This document shows, piece by piece, positions 1 to 7,160 of a stretch of DNA of 14,521 nucleotides (positions within the stretch are counted from its first letter, which is position 1; the number at the start of each line of letters is the position of its first letter). Where the stretch lies: NCBI GenBank assembly GCA_048885525.1, contig JBHLLP010000064.1, positions 1-14,521 of the forward strand, read 5' to 3'. Source of the stretch: Candidatus Hermodarchaeota archaeon (GTDB lineage Archaea; Asgardarchaeota; Lokiarchaeia; Sigyniarchaeales; SOKP01). The notes under the pieces were generated by a model that was not told the DNA's origin, did no database searches, and was given only the letters and a program-made list of their open reading frames with translations. The translations under genes and the position numbers were made by a program.

Positions 1-492
1 GATCATTTCTTGAAAATTTCCTTGTATTTCAGACATATCAAAATTTTTCTCAAGCCATTTCCAGATTTCATCTTTTATTTCATTTGGAGCATTAATTATA
101 AGTTTATCGCCAAATTCAGCGCCATATTTTTCTAGTAGTTCTTCTAAGAACTGTTCAAAATTCTCAATATTTATATATTCTTGATATTCTCTAAGAAGGA
201 GTTGTAACCCTTCGATAAGTTCTGGGAGCGTAATTTCTTTATTAAGCCAATCCCATATTTCTTGTTTAATATCTTCGGGGAATTTTAACATCGCTTCTTT
301 GAAAAAGTTCGCAAAAGCAATATCATAAATGTCAAATTGGTGTTCACTTTTGCATAATATTGAGCGGGAGATGTAGTAAAATTCAACCATGTTATGGATA
401 AGCCCTTGATTGAGAGCTTCCATTAAGGTCATATATTCTGTAATACTTACAGACAACCTTTCCTTGAGATAATAGAAATATTCAATAAACAT
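1..492 (-). CDS. CoxE-like/VWA-domain protein, N-terminal part (runs off the left edge; not in the ORF track)
   Basis: ATG at 492, open for 164 codons to position 1: MFIEYFYYLKERLSVSITEYMTLMEALNQGLIHNMVEFYYISRSILCKSEHQFDIYDIAFANFFK. This resembles the MFxxFFxxL..VSxxEYLxLLEAL..FYYLxRxxLxKxExxxDxFDxxF N-terminus of CoxE-like VWA proteins (recognised from memory). Confidence 0.7.
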   Translation of the reverse strand, partial: MFIEYFYYLKERLSVSITEYMTLMEALNQGLIHNMVEFYYISRSILCKSEHQFDIYDIAFANFFKEAMLKFPEDIKQEIWDWLNKEITLPELIEGLQLLLREYQEYINIENFEQFLEELLEKYGAEFGDKLIINAPNEIKDEIWKWLEKNFDMSEIQGNFQEMI

Positions 493-620
493 TTAATAGA
501 ATTTTCAAATGTAGTCTTTATTAATAATATAGAATTAAACAACTAATATAGCTTTTTAGGTTGTTTAATAAAAATATAGGATTTTAAGAAAAAAAATTAA
601 ACAAAAGTAGCAGTAAAAAC

Positions 621-1880
621 TTAACATATACTTTTATCTTGAGTCCAAGCAATTTTAAACAATTTATCTTCTGAAATTAATTTTTCTAATATATTCTGAC
701 TAAATTGATTATAAAAAACAGGTTCTAAAAAGCTGGAGCTTTCAAAATAAGGTTTTATCAAATTTCTCTGTAAAGTAGTGTCGTTTTTAATTGTATTCGC
801 TAATTTCGTGTAATTATATACCCGAAGGTAAGAATCTACGCTTATTTTTGTAGGGCGATGAGTTTTAAAAAAACTTATCATGTTTTTAACGGATTCAAGC
901 GATTCATCTGGAAATCCTACTAATAAATCAACTGTTAATTCTATTTGATACTTATTACAAAATTCAATTATTTGCTTTAGGTGATTATAGTCGTAATGGT
1001 TCAAATTCTGAATTCTTTTATCGCTGGAAACAGTAAGTGCTATTAAATATGCATTAGATTCGTGTAGTAGCGAAAATAATTCTTCATTATAAGGATATGG
1101 CTTCATAAAAAGTTTCCATTTAATAGGGAAATTCTCCTTAACTAAAGCCCTACAAAACTTCATTGAAAAATTTAGATCAGAATTAAATTCGTTATCACAT
1201 GAGCGAAATTGCTTATAGCCTTGATCGACAAGATATTTAATTTCTTCTATAATATGTGGGATTTTTTTGTACCATCTTTTTGTATAAGATGAGACGCAGA
1301 ATGGACATTTATCTGAACATCCGGCGTGGGTTTCAAATCCAATATCCTCTTCCTTAGATAAATACATGGAATAATCAATTCTACTACCCCGAAAATGGAT
1401 TAATTCAATATCAGGTCCATATTGCCAACCATTATAAATCTTTTTTGTTAATTTTTGAGATTCATATAATTTTAAAAATCGGGGGAACATAATTTCCCCA
1501 GGACCAATGATACCATAATCCCCATCAAGATAATCTAATATTTCATGAGGCATGGCAGAAAAACCTGAACCACCTAGAACTACCGGGATGTTGCGTTCTT
1601 TGACGCATTGAACTAAAGGTTTAATAGCGGGTAGAAAAAACTCATTGTTAAAATAACCTAATGAGTCAATGTTACGGATTGAAAAACCTACGATATCATA
1701 TGAAATTTTATCTAATGCATTAGATAACTTATCTTCTTGAGATTCACAAAAGCATAAATCTAAGATATCAACATTGTAATTGTATTTCTCTAGAGCAGAT
1801 GCAATATATTCTAAGCCAATGGGGATTACTGGGGGGTCTTTGAATCTGTTTGGATTCACTAATAATATATTAAAAACCAT
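621..1880 (-). CDS. Cobalamin-binding radical SAM protein (class B methyltransferase-like), substrate unknown
   Basis: N-terminal B12-binding domain (ILLVNPN..PIGLEYIASAL..DIVGFSIRNID..VVLGGSGFS..GPGE) followed by CxxxCxxC (GCSDKCPFC) and a later LLVGFPDES motif. Confidence 0.85.
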   Translation of the reverse strand: MVFNILLVNPNRFKDPPVIPIGLEYIASALEKYNYNVDILDLCFCESQEDKLSNALDKISYDIVGFSIRNIDSLGYFNNEFFLPAIKPLVQCVKERNIPVVLGGSGFSAMPHEILDYLDGDYGIIGPGEIMFPRFLKLYESQKLTKKIYNGWQYGPDIELIHFRGSRIDYSMYLSKEEDIGFETHAGCSDKCPFCVSSYTKRWYKKIPHIIEEIKYLVDQGYKQFRSCDNEFNSDLNFSMKFCRALVKENFPIKWKLFMKPYPYNEELFSLLHESNAYLIALTVSSDKRIQNLNHYDYNHLKQIIEFCNKYQIELTVDLLVGFPDESLESVKNMISFFKTHRPTKISVDSYLRVYNYTKLANTIKNDTTLQRNLIKPYFESSSFLEPVFYNQFSQNILEKLISEDKLFKIAWTQDKSIC

Positions 1881-2137
1881 GTTTCTTCAATTTAATATCA
1901 TTTTAAATCGAACAGAAATTTAGAATATCATCTATTAATCTTTATTCTAAGGGTTAATATATCTTATATTTTCTATATAATTAAAAATAGAAAGTAATTG
2001 AAATAAAAGATGACAATATATAAAAGACTAAATCTAAAAATTTCTCTATTAGTATAAGATTGGAACAAGGAGATAGATTTTTATTTAAAACTAAAATCTT
2101 ACATTTTATTTTTTTCTTTTTAAATATATTTCATAAA

Positions 2138-2743
2138 TTAACTCGTGATTTGTATAATTTCCTCTATTAATTCATCTATCATTTTCACAGGTATACCACA
2201 TAACAATTCGCAATCACTAAAGATACCATTCAATCGAGAATTAGGACATAAAAATGAAAAATTTACCTCATTTCGTTTAATTACATAAGCAGTAACTTCG
2301 CTACATACTCCATCAATTATACCACAAGTTGCTTTTAAAGGTTTTTGATATAATCTAACATATGCTTCAACAATATACATACAATTATGAGGATTTAAGA
2401 TTAAAATAATACTATCATATTCTTCAACTTGTAATTTATTAATAGGAAAAAGTAGGATATATTCAAGTCCTTTTGCTTCTAACCTCATTGTTAATTCTAG
2501 ATTATCGGGTTCATTAAAAGCTAATATCCCTTTCTTTTTATGACAAGAAAAGTTTCCATTCTGGACTTTCAAAAATTCTCCTTGAGAAGCCATTTTAATA
2601 TATTCACAGAATCTTCTTGATTTACTTACTTCTTTAAATTTTAATTTATTGGATAAGTTTTTATTAAAATTATAAATGAGTTTAATCCCAATCGGATTAT
2701 ATTCTAATTTTAAAGTTTGCTTTAAATTTTCAAATTTATTCAT
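2138..2743 (-). CDS. DUF169 family protein (Cys-containing, probably metal/Fe-S binding)
   Basis: PIGIKL, RFCE, FSC, GVCSE, FSFLCPNSR and ELLCGIP match the DUF169 pattern as I recall it. Confidence 0.7.
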   Translation of the reverse strand: MNKFENLKQTLKLEYNPIGIKLIYNFNKNLSNKLKFKEVSKSRRFCEYIKMASQGEFLKVQNGNFSCHKKKGILAFNEPDNLELTMRLEAKGLEYILLFPINKLQVEEYDSIILILNPHNCMYIVEAYVRLYQKPLKATCGIIDGVCSEVTAYVIKRNEVNFSFLCPNSRLNGIFSDCELLCGIPVKMIDELIEEIIQITS

Positions 2744-2787
2744 ATACGTTCTACATTTCCTATAATAAAATTTTCAGAAGTTAAAGA

Positions 2788-3153
2788 TTAGAACCACTGT
2801 GTAGCATCTACTTCTAAGACTAAATCATTTAAAGTTGCAGCTCCAACTATTTTAACTCCTGGTATTAAATCCACTTTTTCCCAACCTAGCATTCTTTTAG
2901 AAGCTTCGCATACTAAAATCTCAATTCCCATTTCTAACGTCTTATCTATCATTTCCTTAACGGTTGGAAACGAGCCAAGTTTTATTCTGTCAGCTTCCCC
3001 AGGTTTTAAAATTCTTAATGCTGTACCTAAATAATATACTATAGGTTTAATATCCATCGCTTTAGCGGTTTGAGCTAATACTAAAGGAGAATATTGGCGT
3101 TCAGGGTCGTGTGATGTTTGAACATATAAAATTGTTTTTTCTTTTTCGTTTAT
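2788..3153 (-). CDS. DsrE/DsrF-like sulfur-relay or peroxiredoxin-like protein, about 121 aa (longer than the 89-aa track ORF)
   Basis: The frame stays open upstream of ATG 3057 to a TAA at 3159-3157, adding the DsrE N-terminus (TILYVQTSHDPERQYSPLVLAQTAKAMD). Conserved Cys in ILVCEAS and a VGAATL motif are present. The only start near the SD GAGGTG (3166-3161) is ATA at 3153. Confidence 0.75.
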   Translation of the reverse strand: MNEKEKTILYVQTSHDPERQYSPLVLAQTAKAMDIKPIVYYLGTALRILKPGEADRIKLGSFPTVKEMIDKTLEMGIEILVCEASKRMLGWEKVDLIPGVKIVGAATLNDLVLEVDATQWF

Positions 3154-3160
3154 TTTTTAA

Positions 3161-3166
3161 CACCTC
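3161..3166 (-). promoter_or_regulatory. Shine-Dalgarno GAGGTG for the DsrE-like gene
   Basis: Minus strand reads GAGGTG-TTAAAAA-ATA AAC GAA, a 7-nt spacer. Confidence 0.65.
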
Positions 3167-3691
3167 TTAACTTTTCAAAATTCTCATTTTTAAAACAAAT
3201 AAATTTTAATTTAAATTAGCGCTATTCACATAGAGTTTCTAACCCTAATAAATCTCACTTTTATCTTTCAGAAAGAAAAGTCAATATCATAAATTAAAAT
3301 ATTTATAAATCCGTGAAATAATTTATATAATATTATTTACGACCGAATTATTATTTAACAGCAATCTTGGGATTTATTTATATAAAAATCTAAAAATTAA
3401 TATTTTCGCTATTTTTCGTCTTTATAATTTTAATATTATTAAATTTTCGTTACCCCTTTTTAGAAATGAGAATTAAGTAATTATTGTATTTTTTTATTGC
3501 CTAAAGATTTGAAATCATAAAATGAAAATCATTTCCTTTAAAAAGTTTTATTCGAATGGTCTTCGTTTCCCACCGTCTCTCGCCGGATTAAGTTCGGCAG
3601 ATTTAAATATTGTAAATAACATATATAAAATGATAAAATATTATTTTATTTATTTAATTTAAATTTCTAATCCACTGAACCTTATTCGAAA

Positions 3692-5038
3692 ATGTTAAAA
3701 AAAAGAGAAAGGGAATTTGTTTATAGCAAGAATATAATTATTCCAGAGGATACTGAAATTTTAGAGTCAATTGACAAAAAAATATCAGAGATTGCTGATC
3801 CATATGAAATGGCACAAAATCAAATTGATATTGTCGCAGAAAAAATAGGGTTGAATGAGAACGTCACAAAATACCTTAAAAAAGTTGAGCGCTCATTAAT
3901 TGTATCAATACCTATTAAGATGGATGACGGGACTATCGAAATTTTTGAAGGATATAGAGTTCATCATTCAACCCTTCGTGGTCCCGGAAAGGGAGGGATC
4001 AGATTTGCTCCTAATGTTGATCTTAATGAAGTAAAGGCATTGGCTACTTGGATGACATGGAAATGTAGCTTGCTGAATTTACCTCTTGGAGGTGCAAAAG
4101 GAGGAATATGTGTCGATCCTAAAAAATTATCTAAAGGTGAATTAGAAAGATTGACTCGGAGATATACTGCTGAAATCTTGAATTTTATAGGACCAGATAT
4201 AGATATTCCTGCTCCTGATATGAATACGAACGCTCAAGTAATGGCTTGGATAATGGACACATATTCAATGCATAAAGGTAGACCCATTCCGGGTGTGGTG
4301 ACAGGAAAACCAATAGAAATTGGGGGATCGGTTGGAAGAGAGTCAGCAACAGGAATGGGATTATACTATGTACTTGAATCCTTATGCGAAAAGATAGATT
4401 TAGATTTAAAAGACTTAAGAGTTGTAATACAAGGATTTGGGAATGTTGGTGGAAATATTGCTGAAATTTTATATGAAAAAGGTGTTAAAATAATAGCAAT
4501 TTCAGACATTACAGGGGGATTATACCATAAAAATGGTTTAAATGTAAAAGATTTGCTAAGATGGAGGGATAAAAATTGCTATTTAAAAGATTTTGATAAA
4601 TCAAATTATAAGTTCATTTCCAATGAAGATTTAATCACATTAAATTGTGATATATTAATCCCAGCTGCAATAGAAAATCAAATCACTCACAAAAATGCTT
4701 TTGACATGAAATGTAAAATTATATTAGAGGGTGCAAATGGTCCTACAACTCCAGAAGCAGATGAAATTTTGAATGAAAAAGGGATCATTATAGTTCCAGA
4801 TATCCTTGCTAATGCTGGAGGTGTATGCGTTTCTTATTTTGAGTATATACAAGACATCCATAGTTATTTTTGGGATCTAAATAGAATTAATAAGGAACTA
4901 AAGAACATTCTTGTTAATGCGTTTGAAGAAGTGTATAATTTATCAATGGAAAAAAATGTCAGTCTTCGTATAGCTGCTTATATAATAGCCATTTCAAGAT
5001 TAGCTAAGGCATTTGAAGTGAGAGGTATTTTTCCATAA
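3692..5038 (+). CDS. gdhA: Glu/Leu/Phe/Val dehydrogenase family, glutamate dehydrogenase
   Basis: GYRVHH, RGPGKGGIRF, MTWKC, GGAKGG, DIPAPDMNT, VTGKP, GR.SATG, QGFGNVG, EGANGP, PDILANAGGV..SYFE and a C-terminal RGIFP. Confidence 0.95.
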   Translation: MLKKREREFVYSKNIIIPEDTEILESIDKKISEIADPYEMAQNQIDIVAEKIGLNENVTKYLKKVERSLIVSIPIKMDDGTIEIFEGYRVHHSTLRGPGKGGIRFAPNVDLNEVKALATWMTWKCSLLNLPLGGAKGGICVDPKKLSKGELERLTRRYTAEILNFIGPDIDIPAPDMNTNAQVMAWIMDTYSMHKGRPIPGVVTGKPIEIGGSVGRESATGMGLYYVLESLCEKIDLDLKDLRVVIQGFGNVGGNIAEILYEKGVKIIAISDITGGLYHKNGLNVKDLLRWRDKNCYLKDFDKSNYKFISNEDLITLNCDILIPAAIENQITHKNAFDMKCKIILEGANGPTTPEADEILNEKGIIIVPDILANAGGVCVSYFEYIQDIHSYFWDLNRINKELKNILVNAFEEVYNLSMEKNVSLRIAAYIIAISRLAKAFEVRGIFP

Positions 5039-5091
5039 TTGTTTATATTTAAAATATATAATCTATTTTTAAATATTTTTGAAGACTCACC

Positions 5092-6405
5092 TTAATGTGT
5101 CGTACATGAGACACAAGGATCAAAAGCTCTGATTATTCTCTGAATATTGTTTTTCACTAAATTAATATCTCCTGTTCTTTCAAAAAGTAATTTTGCATAA
5201 TTCGTAATCATTTCATTTATAAGAGGAATATTAAATTCGGTAGCAACAAATAATTTTGTTCGATCAATAAAATTATGATCATTTACGTAATAATGATGTA
5301 ATAATAAGCCTCTGGGAGCTTCAATAACACCAATCCCTTCAACTTTTTTTACAGAATTCAAAGCAGGGTTTTCTTGTTTAGTAATTAAATTAGGATCATC
5401 TAAAATTTGTAAACTCTGGAAAGATTCTAAATACATTTCTAATAATCTAAAAAAATTAGCAAATAAGATATTATTTTTCCATTGTTTATCAAAATATTCA
5501 AGATAATTTTGAGTCTCATCTGTACCATAATTCTCTGTAATATTGTACCGGGCAAAAGGACCTACAATCACATTTTTTTTATTATTAAAGTAAAAATCAA
5601 TTCCACGTAAATCAGGCTCCTTTCCAAAATAGGAAGAATAATTGTGCTTTTCAAAATCTATTAAATTTTTATTATCCTCTTTGAGTGATATTCTACCTGA
5701 ATATCGATTAGAATTTTTAAAATTCGAGAGCCCTAGATGAATGAGATTTGGAGTCTCAAATTCTTTAGGTGGTACTTGATGGGAAAATAATTCAATAAAT
5801 TTTTCGATAATCCATTCTAAATTGACTAATGCATTTTGAAATTTCTTTTTAGCTGTTGAAATATTTTTTTTGGAAGGATAAAAAATAATTCCTCCAGGAA
5901 TAATTGAAATTAAATGAACGGATCTACCTCCAAACAAATTATTAATTTCATTTCCAATTTTAATTAATTCATATATATTTGTAGTTAGTTGTGGGTCATA
6001 ATTGATTAAATCATAAGCATTTGCAGTTTTCTGACTAATATTAAAGATATTTAATAGATCTGGTAAAGCTTGGAAAAAGAAATTCATAGAATGGGATTTG
6101 ATTAATTCTCCAGTCATTAAAATACGTCTTAAGAGTTTTGCTTGTTCCGAAACCTTGATATTATATATATCCTCAACTGCTTTACAACTAGCGATTGTTT
6201 GAGAAGCATAACATAATCCACATATCCTAGAAACTATTTTTGGGATATCTAATAATGACTTTCCAATTAAAAAATGTTCAAAACCTCTATAAATTTTAAA
6301 TTCAAAATTAACTAAAGAAATTTCATCATTTTGGATTAAAATTTTTATATCGCCATGTCCTTCTATACGTTTACAAATATCAATCACTTTTAACACATTT
6401 CTCAC
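5092..6405 (-). CDS. mvhA: [NiFe] hydrogenase large subunit, group 3 (MvhA-like by context), with atypical sensor-like features
   Basis: RIEGHG, RGFE, L1 SRICGLCYASQ, EAPRG.L.H and L2 RAFDPCVSCTTH-stop. The GTG start overlaps the upstream TGA (GTGA, 6405-6402). Confidence 0.88.
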   Translation of the reverse strand: MRNVLKVIDICKRIEGHGDIKILIQNDEISLVNFEFKIYRGFEHFLIGKSLLDIPKIVSRICGLCYASQTIASCKAVEDIYNIKVSEQAKLLRRILMTGELIKSHSMNFFFQALPDLLNIFNISQKTANAYDLINYDPQLTTNIYELIKIGNEINNLFGGRSVHLISIIPGGIIFYPSKKNISTAKKKFQNALVNLEWIIEKFIELFSHQVPPKEFETPNLIHLGLSNFKNSNRYSGRISLKEDNKNLIDFEKHNYSSYFGKEPDLRGIDFYFNNKKNVIVGPFARYNITENYGTDETQNYLEYFDKQWKNNILFANFFRLLEMYLESFQSLQILDDPNLITKQENPALNSVKKVEGIGVIEAPRGLLLHHYYVNDHNFIDRTKLFVATEFNIPLINEMITNYAKLLFERTGDINLVKNNIQRIIRAFDPCVSCTTH

Positions 6406-7160
6406 CCTTCCAATTTTGGTTTAGAGAATCGATAAAAAATCCCAGTATAGTCTTTAAGTTCTTGAGATAAATTTATCAAACTTAAATAGTTAACAATATT
6501 AGAAGTAAAATCTTTTGATACAGGCCCTAGACATCCTTCACAGGGAAGACCCATTTTAATGCATTTATGTTCACACCCATCTCGAGTTATGGGTCCTAGA
6601 CATAATATGCCATTTTGTAAAAAACATTGAGAGGTTTCCTCATCAAGTTTAATCTCTTCTGGATTTGGAGCAATTTTTGTAATATTTATACTTGAATTTA
6701 TTTTCATATCTCCTCTTAATGGACAATTACCACACATATTCTTTTCAGAGAGCTCTATTTCCTTATTTTCAACCAATCTAATTAGACAATTTCCAAAAAG
6801 TTTCATAGGAGGTGGACAGCCAGGGATAATACCATCAATTTCAATATAATTTGAAATTGGCTCTGTAACTTTTACATCTGATAGACTCAATATTCCTCCA
6901 AAACTAGCACATGTTCCTAATGCATATATTTTTTTTGCTTGTTTTCGGAGTTTTCGAAGGATAGGTATTTGATTTTCTTCAGAAATGCATCCTTCCACTA
7001 AGCATATATCACAATCTTCAATGTCTTTTACATCAGAAATAAACTGAAAGTAAATAACTTTAGTTCTTTCAAGAAATTGCGGAAAAATATCTAACGAAAT
7101 AAGAGATGAGATGCATCCACTACAAGATGTTAGAGATACTATTACAAATCTACGTTTCAA
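6402..7160 (-). CDS. mvhG: [NiFe] hydrogenase small subunit (MvhG/VhuG-like), about 252 aa
   Basis: SLTSCSGC, LVEG, ALGTCASFGG, IPGCPP, CGNCP and CFLQNGILCLGPITRDGCEHKCIKMGLPCEGCLGP. Start reassigned to TTG 7160, which lies 5 nt after SD GAGGAGGT (7173-7166) and overlaps the upstream stop by 11 nt. Confidence 0.85.
   Translation of the reverse strand: MKRRFVIVSLTSCSGCISSLISLDIFPQFLERTKVIYFQFISDVKDIEDCDICLVEGCISEENQIPILRKLRKQAKKIYALGTCASFGGILSLSDVKVTEPISNYIEIDGIIPGCPPPMKLFGNCLIRLVENKEIELSEKNMCGNCPLRGDMKINSSINITKIAPNPEEIKLDEETSQCFLQNGILCLGPITRDGCEHKCIKMGLPCEGCLGPVSKDFTSNIVNYLSLINLSQELKDYTGIFYRFSKPKLEG

Noticed and set aside
3403-3449. Three TTTTCG copies in the dsrE/gdhA intergenic region
   Set aside because: Short and low-complexity in an AT-rich background, so not distinguishable from chance. 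No CRISPR-like periodicity.
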